A stretch of 64,000 nucleotides of DNA from Rickettsiales bacterium (GCA_002691145.1 NZHE01000024.1:78115-142114); one strand, 5' to 3'. Counted from the stretch's first letter, positions 50,037 to 60,775 are shown. The notes: generated from the sequence alone by a model not told the origin. Made by a program: numbers and translations.

Positions 50037-51437
50037 ATGAGTAAAATATTTAAAGAATTGGAAAATATAAAAACCTTAAAAAAAGTTGATGAATTATTTA
50101 ATAATTATGATGACGGCGATTTATTCCTTGAAAAAACATATACTGAAAATTTTGTGTATGATGATAACAAAGTTAAAAACGCAAGTTTTAATGAGGATAA
50201 GGGTTTTGGTTTAAGAGTCATAAAAGAGGACTCTATAGGTTTTGCACATTGCTCTGACTTGAATGAAGTTACTTTAAAAAATGCAATAGAAATGGTGAGT
50301 AAAATTGATAAAAGTAAAAGTTTTAATCAAATAGTACCTAACAAATATCACAGATCACTTTATTCAGATAAAAATCCTTTGTCATTGTATGAGTTTAAAG
50401 CAAAAATACAATTTTTAGAAAAAATTAATGGTTATGCAAGAGCAAAAGATAGTGCAATAAGTCAAGTTTCTATCTCACTAGCTGGTAATTATCAAGAGGT
50501 AGAAATACTCAAGAATCTTGGCAACATTTTTTCCGATTTACGGCCGCTTGTTCGTCTTAATGTAAGTATAACAGTCAGAAAAAATAACATCACTGAAACT
50601 GGTTCATTCGGATTAGGTGGCAGATATATGTACGACACTTTATTCAATGAAAATGTATGGAAGGACGCAGTAGACTCTGCGTACAATCAAGCTTTGATAA
50701 GACTTGAAGCAATTGAAACACCAGCAGGAGAGCAAAACGTAATTCTTGGGCCTGGTTGGCCTGGTATATTGCTTCATGAAGCAATTGGACACGGCTTAGA
50801 AGGAGATTTTAATCGAAAAAAGACTTCAGTGTTTCACAATCTAGTGGGACAAAGTGTTGCTTCGGAACAAATTACTATCGTAGATGATGGCACAATTCCC
50901 GATAGAAGGGGTTCATTAACGATTGATGATGAGGGCACCCCAACCCAAAATACAGTACTTATTGAAAACGGTATCTTAAAAAACTTTATGCAAGATAGAC
51001 TAAATGCAAAACTTATGAATAAAAAACCGACAGGAAATGGAAGAAGGGAGGATTATTCTTGTATACCTATGCCAAGAATGACTAACACTTACATGATCAA
51101 TGGAAAATATGAACATGAAGAACTCATTAAAAGTACAAAAAATGGTGTGTATGCTACCCAGTTCAGCGGAGGTCAAGTTGATATTACCTCTGGAAAGTTT
51201 GTTTTTAGTGCTTCTGAAGCTTTTAAAATCGTAGATGGAAAAATTGATAGACCTCTTAAGGGTGCGACTTTAATAGGTAATGGTCCAGAAGTTTTAAAAA
51301 AAGTTTCCATGGTAGCTAACAACATGAAACTTGACAATGGAATTGGAACCTGTGGAAAAGAAGGGCAATCAGTTCCGGTTGGAGTTGGACAACCTAGCCT
51401 TAAGGTAGATAATCTTACTGTTGGAGGAACAGTTTAG
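50037..51437 (+). CDS. tldD: Metalloprotease TldD
   Basis: GWPGILLHEAIGHGLEGDFNRK, DDEGTP, PMPRMTNT, GTCGKEGQ.VPVGVGQP. Confidence 0.97.
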   Translation: MSKIFKELENIKTLKKVDELFNNYDDGDLFLEKTYTENFVYDDNKVKNASFNEDKGFGLRVIKEDSIGFAHCSDLNEVTLKNAIEMVSKIDKSKSFNQIVPNKYHRSLYSDKNPLSLYEFKAKIQFLEKINGYARAKDSAISQVSISLAGNYQEVEILKNLGNIFSDLRPLVRLNVSITVRKNNITETGSFGLGGRYMYDTLFNENVWKDAVDSAYNQALIRLEAIETPAGEQNVILGPGWPGILLHEAIGHGLEGDFNRKKTSVFHNLVGQSVASEQITIVDDGTIPDRRGSLTIDDEGTPTQNTVLIENGILKNFMQDRLNAKLMNKKPTGNGRREDYSCIPMPRMTNTYMINGKYEHEELIKSTKNGVYATQFSGGQVDITSGKFVFSASEAFKIVDGKIDRPLKGATLIGNGPEVLKKVSMVANNMKLDNGIGTCGKEGQSVPVGVGQPSLKVDNLTVGGTV

Positions 51438-51439
51438 TT

Positions 51440-51730
51440 CTATTTTTTATGAACTTTATCATATATATCTCTCTCGTACTTAATAAAACCATTTATCATT
51501 GTCTTCCAGATTTTAACAATAAGACCTTCTGGTAGATTTTTTTTTTGAGACTCAGAGTCAAGTTCATTCAGAATTTCTTGAATCCTTTTTTTATCTACTA
51601 TTTGATTTTTCTTTTTTAGTCTTACTGCTTCCTCAACTAACAATTTTCTTTTGTAAATTAATTCTAGTAATTTGGAATCAATTTTGTCAATCGAATTTCT
51701 TACCTGGTTTATCGTTTTAAAATTTTTCAT
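51440..51730 (-). CDS. Stand-alone chorismate mutase type II (AroQ fold)
   Basis: VRNSIDKIDSKLLELIYKR..LV..A..LK, VD..R...I. Confidence 0.85.
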   Translation of the reverse strand: MKNFKTINQVRNSIDKIDSKLLELIYKRKLLVEEAVRLKKKNQIVDKKRIQEILNELDSESQKKNLPEGLIVKIWKTMINGFIKYERDIYDKVHKK

Positions 51731-51754
51731 CTATTAAAGTAAATATCATTTTTC

Positions 51755-53092
51755 TTAACCAAATGAATTAAATTTATAAATATTATCAATTTTTTTATTC
51801 CATTTGTTTAAAAAAAGATGTTTCCATACCTCGGCTGGTGATTGTCCGTTCTTTAAAATTTGAAAAAGAGGGTTTAAAAAAATTGATTCATTTTCCCCGT
51901 TGTCATTTAAAATATTTCTTTTAATCAATCCTTTTTTGGAGAGGATTAGCATTTTTTTTAAAAAAGACTTTATATCCTCTCCATCTGGAGTCATCGAGTT
52001 GAGAGCATTTAATGATACAGTTGAATAGAATTCTTTTCTTTGAATATTTGTCCATTTTTTGACCATCTCGTAAACTTCATCAAGAATATCTCGATCATAT
52101 AAAATTCCCGTCCAAAATGCTGGAAGGGCACATACGCTTGACCAAGGGCCACCATCCGCTCCCCTCACTTCAAGAATTTTCTTTAATCTTACTTCAGGAA
52201 ATACAGTTGTGGCATGATCAATCCAATCATCAATTGTCAAGCTTTCTCCATCATTAGAATTATGTAACTCTAGAATTTTTCTAAACGATTTTCCAGTATA
52301 ATCGATGTAATCATTGTTTCTTTTTAAAAAATACATGGGTACATCTAATAAGTAATCAACATACATTTCAAAAGAAAATCCATCATCAAAAACGAAGGGT
52401 AAAATTCCGCATCTATTCTTATCTGTTTTGGTCCAAATCCAGGAACGATAGCTTAGATGTGAAGAGAGTTTTCCCTCTAAAAAAGGGGAATTTGCATACA
52501 ACGCTATCACTGCTGGCTGAATAGCAAGACATACCCTATATTTTTTTATCATATCTATTTCTGATTCATAGTCAAAATTCACTTGAATAGTGCATGTTCT
52601 GAACATCATATCAAGACCGTGTTCACCAGTTTTTTTCATATAATTTTTCATTATTTCGTAACGCTTTTTTGGGATTGTTGGGAAATGTTCTAGCGCCCAC
52701 TTTGGATTAAAACCCATTCCCATGTAATTTACTCCAAACATTTTGGAAACAGAGTTTAACTCAAATTGGTGAGTATTTACCTCTGAACATGTATCAAAAA
52801 TATTACTCAATGGAGCTCCAGATAATTCAATTTGACCTCCTGGTTCAAGTGAAATAGAGCTTCCAGACTTTTTCATTCCGATGACAAAATCATTTTCATA
52901 AATATTCTTCCATCCAAATTTTTTATTTAGTTCTAGAAAAATATTTTTGATGACATCGTATTTAATTGGTTTTAAATCATCAACCAAGTAGCCAAATTTT
53001 TCATGTTCAGTTCCGATTTTCCAATTTTTTTTTTCTTTGCAACCACTTTTAAAGTAATTTATTAGATCTTCTTTGATAATTTTTTTATTCAT
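51755..53092 (-). CDS. gshA: Glutamate--cysteine ligase (plant/alphaproteobacterial type)
   Basis: IGTEHEKF, SLEPGGQIELSG, MMFRTCTIQVN.D, FPEVRLK..LEVRGADGG. Confidence 0.96.
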   Translation of the reverse strand: MNKKIIKEDLINYFKSGCKEKKNWKIGTEHEKFGYLVDDLKPIKYDVIKNIFLELNKKFGWKNIYENDFVIGMKKSGSSISLEPGGQIELSGAPLSNIFDTCSEVNTHQFELNSVSKMFGVNYMGMGFNPKWALEHFPTIPKKRYEIMKNYMKKTGEHGLDMMFRTCTIQVNFDYESEIDMIKKYRVCLAIQPAVIALYANSPFLEGKLSSHLSYRSWIWTKTDKNRCGILPFVFDDGFSFEMYVDYLLDVPMYFLKRNNDYIDYTGKSFRKILELHNSNDGESLTIDDWIDHATTVFPEVRLKKILEVRGADGGPWSSVCALPAFWTGILYDRDILDEVYEMVKKWTNIQRKEFYSTVSLNALNSMTPDGEDIKSFLKKMLILSKKGLIKRNILNDNGENESIFLNPLFQILKNGQSPAEVWKHLFLNKWNKKIDNIYKFNSFG

Positions 53093-53810
53093 TTAAATTC
53101 TCCATGAATATCTTACAACAAGCCACACTAAAGATTGAAGCAGTATCCATTTTAAAAACGCTTGATCCTAGTGAAACAGGATATAAATTTTTTAATTCAT
53201 TTAAATAAAAACGATCTTTTTCTGACCATCCACCTACTGGTCCAATCAGAACGGCTAGTTTTTTTAATGTATTTTTTGACAAAAAGTCGAGAATATTAGG
53301 TGATTTCAAATTTTCATCACAAAGGATGACCAATCTATCGTCAGTCAAGTTTTTAACAAATATTTCTAAATTAACATTAAATTCGATTCGTGGGAGATTA
53401 ATCTGATTGGACTGCTCAGTTGCCTCTATTACTACTCTCCTCATCTTATCAACATTCATTTTTATTTTTTCCGAAAATTCTGTGTTAATCGGAACAATCT
53501 TAGAAACACCAATTTCCGTTACTTTTTCAACCAGAAATTTTACTTTTTTTGATTTTGTCATTCCAAAACAAAGCCAAATATCTTGTTGATTAATTGGTTT
53601 TCTTTTTAAAAACTTTACTTTTACAGAAATTGACTTTTTAATTTTTATAATAAATGCATCCCATTCTCCACAACTTTCGTTAAAAATATTTATTTGATCT
53701 CCAACATTTTTCCTCATAACATTAACTAAATAATGGTAGTTTTCTTTAGAAAGATTAATGACTTTATCCTTAAAAATATCCTCTGGAGTAAAAATACGTA
53801 TCTGTGCCAT
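53085..53810 (-). CDS. rsmE: 16S rRNA m3U1498 methyltransferase
   Basis: HYLVNVMR, VEKVTEIGV, EATEQS, LIGPVGGWS, SLG...K.DTA (SPOUT fold). Confidence 0.92.
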   Translation of the reverse strand: MAQIRIFTPEDIFKDKVINLSKENYHYLVNVMRKNVGDQINIFNESCGEWDAFIIKIKKSISVKVKFLKRKPINQQDIWLCFGMTKSKKVKFLVEKVTEIGVSKIVPINTEFSEKIKMNVDKMRRVVIEATEQSNQINLPRIEFNVNLEIFVKNLTDDRLVILCDENLKSPNILDFLSKNTLKKLAVLIGPVGGWSEKDRFYLNELKNLYPVSLGSSVFKMDTASIFSVACCKIFMENLNE

Positions 53811-53842
53811 CTACTTACAGTGTAATAAAATTTTAACTTATC

Positions 53843-54721
53843 ATGTTTAATCAAATAATCATTAAGATTCAGAACTTTTTAATTTTGGGTAGATATAACA
53901 AACCATATGGCTCTCTCCTATTGATGTGGCCATGCTTCTGGGGTGTAATTTATGGTCAAAAGTTTAGTTTGGAAAGTTTTAAGATTCTAATCTTATTATT
54001 ACTTGGCTCATTTGTAATGAGGGGTGCAGGTTGCACTATTAATGATATATTAGACGTAAATTTTGATAAGAAGGTTAAAAGAACAAAAAGTCGCCCGTTA
54101 GCTAGTAATTTAATCAAAGTCAATGAAGCTATTTATTTTTTATTATTTCAATTACTACTTGGATTTTTGATTGTACTAAATTTTAAAATAAAAATCATCT
54201 TTTTAGGTTTTGCAATAATACCTCTTGTTTTTTGTTATCCACTATTTAAAAGAGTTACTTTTTTTCCTCAGATTATTTTAGGAGTCATTTTTAATTGGGG
54301 TATACTCATAGGTTTTTTAAGCTTTTCAGAAAGTTTGGAAATAGGTCTAATATTTCTATACTTAGGGGGAGTTTTTTTAACAGTTGGATACGATACAATT
54401 TACGCTTTTCAGGATTTAGATGATGACAGAAAAATAGGGGTTAAATCGTTAGCAATAAAAGTAAGTCAAAAGCCAAAATTGTTTTTAAGTCTAATATATA
54501 GTTTGAGTTATATTCTATTTTTAATTTCATTTATTTTTATTAAAGCAGATTTTTTTTTAAATTTTATACTATCAATCCCTATAATGGTTCATTTTTTCTT
54601 TCAAATAAAAAGATTTGATGTCAATAATCCTGACTTACTTAATAAAATATTTATATCTAATACTCATTTAGGTGGATTAATTTTTTTAATTTTGATAGGT
54701 GTAAAATATGTTAGTCATTAG
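53843..54721 (+). CDS. ubiA: 4-hydroxybenzoate polyprenyltransferase
   Basis: R.NKP.G.LLL.WPC, MRGAGCTINDILD..FD.KV.RT..RPLA, YP.FKR, YDTIYA.QD..DD. Confidence 0.95.
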   Translation: MFNQIIIKIQNFLILGRYNKPYGSLLLMWPCFWGVIYGQKFSLESFKILILLLLGSFVMRGAGCTINDILDVNFDKKVKRTKSRPLASNLIKVNEAIYFLLFQLLLGFLIVLNFKIKIIFLGFAIIPLVFCYPLFKRVTFFPQIILGVIFNWGILIGFLSFSESLEIGLIFLYLGGVFLTVGYDTIYAFQDLDDDRKIGVKSLAIKVSQKPKLFLSLIYSLSYILFLISFIFIKADFFLNFILSIPIMVHFFFQIKRFDVNNPDLLNKIFISNTHLGGLIFLILIGVKYVSH

Positions 54722-54896
54722 AAATAATAGTATATCGGACATAACAATCATCTACGTGCTTCCAAGAATTTTCATACCACTTATTTTTAGCTTTTTCATA
54801 ACTATCATAAGGTCCATATTTTTCTAACTCAAAATCTTTTTTAATTTCAAAAAATTTTGTGTTCTCATATTTCCCTCCAACAACCCAGTATTTCAT
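54711..54896 (-). CDS. DUF4170-like small protein
   Basis: YWVVGGKY....F......E.YGPY.SYEKA...W......VDD..VRY.I pattern. Confidence 0.75.
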   Translation of the reverse strand: MKYWVVGGKYENTKFFEIKKDFELEKYGPYDSYEKAKNKWYENSWKHVDDCYVRYTIISND

Positions 54897-54962
54897 AACT
54901 CATTAAAATAAAATTAAATAATTAATATTGTAAATATATCATTAAAATTATAAAGAGATAAT

Positions 54963-56303
54963 ATGAATAAAAATTTAATCATAGATATAATTGAAAAACT
55001 TAAAAAAAAAGGCTGTGATCAGTCTGATGTTTTTTTAAAACAGAATGTTACAAAAAGTTCCTCAGTAAGATTGAGAATGCTTGAAAAAAATGAATCATCT
55101 CAAAACACTCAGATTGGAATTCGAGCAGTAAAGGGAAAAAAACAATCAATAATTTCGTCTAGTAACATAGATCCTAAAAATATTGATGTGTTAGTTCAAA
55201 AAGTAGTAGATATGGTAGCTGTAGTGCCAGACAATAATTACTGTGGATTAGCTGAAGATAATCTTATCAAAAAATTTGATGAAAATCTTTTAAAAAGTTT
55301 AGACTTGTTCGATACTTTTGAGCCCTCTATTGATGAACTTAAAGCTAAAGCTATATTACTCGAAGATAGTGCCTTAAAGAATAAGCAGATTATTAATTCT
55401 GAAGGTGCAGAAGTTTCATGGACAAAATCAAAATATTTGCTTGCTGGCTCAAATAATATGTTTCAAGAATACACTAAAACATTTAGCAGTTTTATTTTAG
55501 CTGTTCTTGCGGGAAATAATTCAGGAATGGAAAGAGAATATGATTTTAAAAGCAAGGTTTATTTTGAAGACCTTGGAAATTTTGAAAAAATAGGCGAGGA
55601 AACAGCTAGAAAAGCAGTTAGTAAATTAAATTCAAAAAAAATTAAAACATGTAAGGCTGATGTTATATATGATGCCAGGATATCTTCTTCATTATTAAGA
55701 CATTTAGCTGCTGCTGCTAATGCAGTTTCAGTTGCTCGAGGTACTAGTTTTCTCAAAGATAAACTAGGAAAAAAACTGTTTAATAAAGAAATAAATATTA
55801 TTGATGACCCAAGACTAGCAAGAATGTTAAATACAAAAATTATTGATTGTGAAGGAATTGAGACAAAAACAATGAAATTAATTAAAAATGGAGAGTTGCA
55901 ATTTTATTTTAATTCTCTTGAATCTGCAAGACAACTTAATCAAAAAGCAACCGGTCATGGAACAAGAGGAGTTACCAGTTTACCCTATCCATCAGTTTCA
56001 AACCTTTTCTTAGAAAATGGAAAAGTTTCAAGAGAAGATCTCATAGGGAGTTTAAAAAAAGGTCTATTAGTTACCGAATTAATGGGTACTTCAATTAATC
56101 CTTCTAATGGAGATTATAGCAGAGGAGCGTCAGGATTTTGGATTGAAAATGGAGAAATTTCACACCCTGTCTCTGAAATTACAATAGCTGGAAATCTTTT
56201 TGATATTTTTAATTGTTTGATTCCAGCAAACGACTTAAGATTCAATTACTCAATTAATAGTCCATCATGCTTAGTTCAAAACATGACTATAGCTGGAATT
56301 TAG
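54963..56303 (+). CDS. pmbA: TldE/PmbA family protein
   Basis: RGTSFL, D.EG, TGH..R, GDYSRGASGFWIENGEI..PVSEITIAGN; no HExxH. Confidence 0.93.
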   Translation: MNKNLIIDIIEKLKKKGCDQSDVFLKQNVTKSSSVRLRMLEKNESSQNTQIGIRAVKGKKQSIISSSNIDPKNIDVLVQKVVDMVAVVPDNNYCGLAEDNLIKKFDENLLKSLDLFDTFEPSIDELKAKAILLEDSALKNKQIINSEGAEVSWTKSKYLLAGSNNMFQEYTKTFSSFILAVLAGNNSGMEREYDFKSKVYFEDLGNFEKIGEETARKAVSKLNSKKIKTCKADVIYDARISSSLLRHLAAAANAVSVARGTSFLKDKLGKKLFNKEINIIDDPRLARMLNTKIIDCEGIETKTMKLIKNGELQFYFNSLESARQLNQKATGHGTRGVTSLPYPSVSNLFLENGKVSREDLIGSLKKGLLVTELMGTSINPSNGDYSRGASGFWIENGEISHPVSEITIAGNLFDIFNCLIPANDLRFNYSINSPSCLVQNMTIAGI

Positions 56304-56306
56304 TTA

Positions 56307-57104
56307 ATGATATCTGATGTTTCACACTTAGGACCGGATTTAAAAAAAGAAATCTTAAATGCTATTATACAAGCAGGACAAATTGCGAAAGATTATGGCA
56401 AAAAAGAAATTAAGGTTTGGCAGAAATCAGAATCTCAGCCTGTTACTAATGCAGATATAGAGATAAATGAGTTCTTAAAAAAATTTTTTGAAAAAATTTC
56501 TCCCGATTTTGGTTGGTTATCAGAGGAATCCCAGGACGATTCATCAAGAAAGAATAAAAGTTATTTTTGGTGTGTTGACCCAATCGACGGAACAAGGTCT
56601 TTTATTAATAAAAAACCCGAATACACTATTTCTGTAGCCCTCATTAAAAAAAATATCCCAATTATTGGAATTATATATAACCCACTTACTAAGGAGTTAT
56701 TTTTTGCAGAGAAGAATAAAGGGGCTGTTTGTAATGACAAAAAGATAACAGTAAATAATGAGAAAAATATTAAAAATTGTAAAATTGCAATAAGCTCATC
56801 TGAGGAAAGAACTATAAAAAATTTTAGTTTTTTTAAAAATCTAAACTCTATAAAAATGGGTTCCATTGCTTACAAGGTTGCTCTTGCTGCGAAGGGTGAA
56901 ATTGACATTGCTTTAAGTTTTACAAAAAAAAATGATTGGGATTTGGCAGCCGCATTTGTTTTACTCAGTGAAGCAGGAGGAACCATGACAAATTTGGATG
57001 GTAAAAATATTAAATTTAATTCAGACAGTTTAAAAATCACAAATGTTTTAGCTTGCAACAAAATGCTTCATAAAAGGATTATAAATGAAACTGAAATGAG
57101 TTGA
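56307..57104 (+). CDS. Inositol monophosphatase family protein (CysQ-like)
   Basis: PVTNAD, WLSEE, WCVDPIDGTRSF, WDLAAA...EAGG. Confidence 0.9.
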   Translation: MISDVSHLGPDLKKEILNAIIQAGQIAKDYGKKEIKVWQKSESQPVTNADIEINEFLKKFFEKISPDFGWLSEESQDDSSRKNKSYFWCVDPIDGTRSFINKKPEYTISVALIKKNIPIIGIIYNPLTKELFFAEKNKGAVCNDKKITVNNEKNIKNCKIAISSSEERTIKNFSFFKNLNSIKMGSIAYKVALAAKGEIDIALSFTKKNDWDLAAAFVLLSEAGGTMTNLDGKNIKFNSDSLKITNVLACNKMLHKRIINETEMS

Positions 57105-58870
57105 TGAAGAAAAATACAACTGAAAGATTGCTCAAAAGATTAATAAAGAATTATGTTGCTAAACATAAAATTAAATTAATAATTGCATTAGGGTGTATGA
57201 TAATTGTGTCAGCATCAACTGCAATACATGCTTGGATGATGCAACCTGTATTAGACGACATTTTTTTAAATAAGGATTCGAAAATGTTAATTTTACTGCC
57301 CTTGCTGATTTTATTTATAGCTGTAACAAAAGGAATGGCATCCTACTTTCAATCAATATATATGAATTTTATAGGATTTCGTATTGTTGCTGATATCCAA
57401 TCTGAAATGTTTTCATCAATAATTAAATGTGACTTATCGTATTTTAATGATTTAAATACTGGAACACTAGTTTCTAGATTCTTAGCTGATGTAGGTTCTT
57501 TAACAAGAGGAGTTCATACGGTAATTACAAATATTATTAAAGATTTTTTGACAATCTTTTTTCTTGTAGGTGTTATGTTTTATCATGATTGGAAGTTGGC
57601 TATTTTGGCATTCGTCGTGTTTCCAATTTCGATATTACCAATTGTGAAAATAGGAAAAAAAATAAGAAAAATTTCCACACAAACTCAAGTAGGTTTTGGA
57701 GAACTTACCTCAAAACTAAGTCAAACTTTTTCAGGTATTAAAACGGTAAAGTCATTTAATGCACAAGCTTTTGAGAAAAATAGAGTTGATGATTCAATAG
57801 AAAATATATTTAAACTTACTTTTAAATCAAATAAGATTAGCTCAATTGCTAGACCTTTAATGGAAACACTGGGTGGTTTAGCAATTGCATTTGTAATTTG
57901 GATTGGCGGAAGTCAAGTAATAGAAGGAACAACAACACCCGGGACTTTTTTTTCTTTTATTACTGCACTTTTAATGGCCTATCAACCGGTAAAGTCACTT
58001 GCAAGTCTCAATGCAACATTACAAACTGCTATGGCCTCAGCAGAAAGAGTATTTTCTATAATTGACACAAAGCCGAAAATCAAAGATCAAGATTTAACAA
58101 AAGAAGAAAAACTTAAGAATATTAGAGAAATTAGATTTTCTAAAGTATTTTTTAAGTATAATAATTCTCAAGATGACATAATAAAAAATTGTAATATAAG
58201 GATTACAAAAGGAAAAAAGATCGCATTAGTTGGTCACTCAGGCGCTGGTAAAAGTTCGTTATTAAATTTAATTCCAAGATTTTATGAGCCTTACAAAGGA
58301 GACATTTTTTTGGATGATATTAATATCAAAGACATTAAACTTGAAAAACTTAGAAATCTTTTTTCAGTTGTTAGTCAAGACATTAATTTATTCGATGGCA
58401 CTGTCAATTTTAATATTAGTTATGGTTCCAAAAAAAAAAGTTATGAAGAAATTTTAAATGCCTTAAGGGATTCTGGAAGTGAAGAATTTGTAAATTCGTT
58501 GCCGCATGGTATTGATACGGAAATTGGAGAAAATGGAGTAAAACTATCTGGAGGACAGAGGCAGAGAATAGCAATAGCAAGAGCTTTTTTAAAAAACGCC
58601 CCTTTTCTGCTGTTAGATGAAGCAACTTCATCACTAGATTCAAAGTCTGAAAAAAAAATTCAAGTTGCTTTGAATAAGCTTATGAGGGATAGGACCTCAC
58701 TGATTATTGCTCATAGACTTTCTACAATAAATGACGCAGATAAAATTATTGTTATTGATAATGGAATGATTTCAGATTCAGGAACGCACATTCAGCTAAT
58801 GAAAAAATCAAAATTATATAAAAATTTATATAAACTTCAATTTAAAGAGAATGCTAAAAAAATTATTTAG
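57104..58870 (+). CDS. msbA: Lipid A export ABC transporter (MsbA-like)
   Basis: 6-TM domain plus NBD (GHSGAGKS, LSGGQRQR, LLDEATSSLD, IAHRLST). Lies upstream of waaA-lpxK. Confidence 0.88.
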   Translation: MKKNTTERLLKRLIKNYVAKHKIKLIIALGCMIIVSASTAIHAWMMQPVLDDIFLNKDSKMLILLPLLILFIAVTKGMASYFQSIYMNFIGFRIVADIQSEMFSSIIKCDLSYFNDLNTGTLVSRFLADVGSLTRGVHTVITNIIKDFLTIFFLVGVMFYHDWKLAILAFVVFPISILPIVKIGKKIRKISTQTQVGFGELTSKLSQTFSGIKTVKSFNAQAFEKNRVDDSIENIFKLTFKSNKISSIARPLMETLGGLAIAFVIWIGGSQVIEGTTTPGTFFSFITALLMAYQPVKSLASLNATLQTAMASAERVFSIIDTKPKIKDQDLTKEEKLKNIREIRFSKVFFKYNNSQDDIIKNCNIRITKGKKIALVGHSGAGKSSLLNLIPRFYEPYKGDIFLDDINIKDIKLEKLRNLFSVVSQDINLFDGTVNFNISYGSKKKSYEEILNALRDSGSEEFVNSLPHGIDTEIGENGVKLSGGQRQRIAIARAFLKNAPFLLLDEATSSLDSKSEKKIQVALNKLMRDRTSLIIAHRLSTINDADKIIVIDNGMISDSGTHIQLMKKSKLYKNLYKLQFKENAKKII

Positions 58871-59507
58871 AGTCAAATTTATTCAATCTTTTTTCAGCTG
58901 GCTTATTTCTGTTTACTTAAAAATTTGTTACCACACTTCAATATGGAGAGTGAAGAATTTACGAAATGCACAACAAGTAATAAATAGTGAAACATCATGC
59001 ATAGTTTGCTTTTGGCATGGACGATTATTAATGACTCCATTTTGTTGGAATGATAATAAAAAGTTCTCGATGCTAATTTCTAGTCATCCTGACGGTGTTT
59101 TAATTTCAAAAGCTGTGTCATATTTTGGAATAAAAACAATAGTTGGTTCATCTTCAAAAAATAAATTCTCATCATTTAAAAACATCATCAAAGAAATAAA
59201 ATCAAATAATGCAGTTGGAATTACTCCAGACGGACCGAGAGGACCAAAAAGAAAGGTTAAAGAGGGCATTATATCTCTAGCAAAACTTACACAAGTTCCT
59301 ATTCTTCCGCTTGCTTTTGGCTCAAAATTTGGAAAAGAGCTAAATTCTTGGGACAAATTTTTATTAATATCTCCATTTAATAAATTTGTTGCAGTATGGG
59401 GAAATCCTATTCATATTAAAAAAAATAAAGATATAAAAATAGCAATGAAAAATCTTGAAAAAGAGTTAAATAGAATCACAAATCTAGCAGATAACCTATC
59501 AAATTGA
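58851..59507 (+). CDS. DUF374 lysophospholipid acyltransferase (LpxJ-like)
   Basis: CFWHGRLL, LISSHPDG, GSS, ITPDGPRGP, SWDKF...PF. Confidence 0.87.
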   Translation: MLKKLFRVKFIQSFFSWLISVYLKICYHTSIWRVKNLRNAQQVINSETSCIVCFWHGRLLMTPFCWNDNKKFSMLISSHPDGVLISKAVSYFGIKTIVGSSSKNKFSSFKNIIKEIKSNNAVGITPDGPRGPKRKVKEGIISLAKLTQVPILPLAFGSKFGKELNSWDKFLLISPFNKFVAVWGNPIHIKKNKDIKIAMKNLEKELNRITNLADNLSN

Positions 59508-60772
59508 TGATATTAAATACCTATAGAATAATAACAAACTTTTTGTATTTTCCTTTTTTTATTTATTTTCTTTTAAGAATGTTAAGAAAAAAAGAAAGCT
59601 TAGAAAGTCTAAAAGAAAAAAATGGTTTTTACTCAATAAAAAAACCTCCTGGTAAATTAATTTGGATAAATGCAATTAGTATTGGTGAATCCCTTTCAAC
59701 TTTATCTCTTATAAAAAAAATCTCAACGGATTTTCCAAACTCCACGATTCTTTTAACCACGTCAACCCAATCTTCTAATAAAGTCATTAGAAATAGAAAA
59801 ATTAAAAACGTAATTCTCCAATTTGCACCAATAGATATTCAATTTGTCATGAAAAAATTTTTAAACTATTGGAAACCAGATATTTGTATATTAATAGAAT
59901 CAGAAATATGGCCTAATTTAATTTTTCATGTTAAAAAGCAGAAAATTCCTTTGATACTTCTTAATGCTAGAATGTCAGAAAAATCATTCAAAAGATGGAG
60001 TCATATAAAGAAAATTTCAAATAAGCTGTTTCAAGAGTTTGATCTTTGTCTAGTACAAAACGAGAAATCTAAAAATATGTTTAAGGAATTGGGAACCAAA
60101 AATGTGGAATATCTTGGGAATTTAAAATTTTTTTCAGAACAGCTTCCTGTTAACTTACAAAAGCTAAAAGAGTTTAGTAATCAAGTGAAAGGCAGGGATA
60201 TCTTAGTATTAGCAAGCAGTCATTTTAATGAAGAAGAAATTTTTACAAATGTATATTTGGAACTTAAAAAAAAACATTCTAATTTATTATTTATTATTGT
60301 TCCTCGCCACGTTTACAGATCTGACCAAATTACGAAGATGTTAAAAAAAAAAAAAATGAATTATAAACTCAGATCAAATCAGGAGAAGATTTGTCCTTTA
60401 ACTGATTGTTATCTTGCTGACACTTTTGATGAGTTAGGCTTATTTTATAAGACATCAAAATGTGTAATTATTGGTGGCTCTTTTATAAATCATGGAGGAC
60501 AAAACTTGATAGAAGCTGCTAATTTTAACTGCCCTATAATTACTGGACCTTATATGGATAATTTTATTGATATAGAAAAAATATTTTTAAATAAACAATC
60601 GATAATTAAATTAAATAACTCTTATGACGCTTGTAATAAAATTTCAAAGATTTTAACAAATCAAGACTACACGAAAGAGTTAAAAAAAAAACTCCATGAT
60701 TTATGCATTTCTGAAAAAGGAAAAAAGAATATTATCTGGTCGAAATTAAAAGCTTATTTAAAAGAAATCTAA
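59504..60772 (+). CDS. waaA: 3-deoxy-D-manno-octulosonic acid transferase
   Basis: LIW..A.SIGE, P.D, ESEIWPN, NARMS.KS, GNLK, VPRH, GGSF..HGGQN.IE. Confidence 0.94.
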   Translation: MMILNTYRIITNFLYFPFFIYFLLRMLRKKESLESLKEKNGFYSIKKPPGKLIWINAISIGESLSTLSLIKKISTDFPNSTILLTTSTQSSNKVIRNRKIKNVILQFAPIDIQFVMKKFLNYWKPDICILIESEIWPNLIFHVKKQKIPLILLNARMSEKSFKRWSHIKKISNKLFQEFDLCLVQNEKSKNMFKELGTKNVEYLGNLKFFSEQLPVNLQKLKEFSNQVKGRDILVLASSHFNEEEIFTNVYLELKKKHSNLLFIIVPRHVYRSDQITKMLKKKKMNYKLRSNQEKICPLTDCYLADTFDELGLFYKTSKCVIIGGSFINHGGQNLIEAANFNCPIITGPYMDNFIDIEKIFLNKQSIIKLNNSYDACNKISKILTNQDYTKELKKKLHDLCISEKGKKNIIWSKLKAYLKEI

Positions 60773-60775
60773 TTT

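Noticed and set aside
50037-56303. TldD/PmbA as part of a RiPP (microcin-like) cluster
   Set aside because: There are no precursor, YcaO or other maturation genes nearby. These positions (opposite coxB, near ubiA) are housekeeping synteny.
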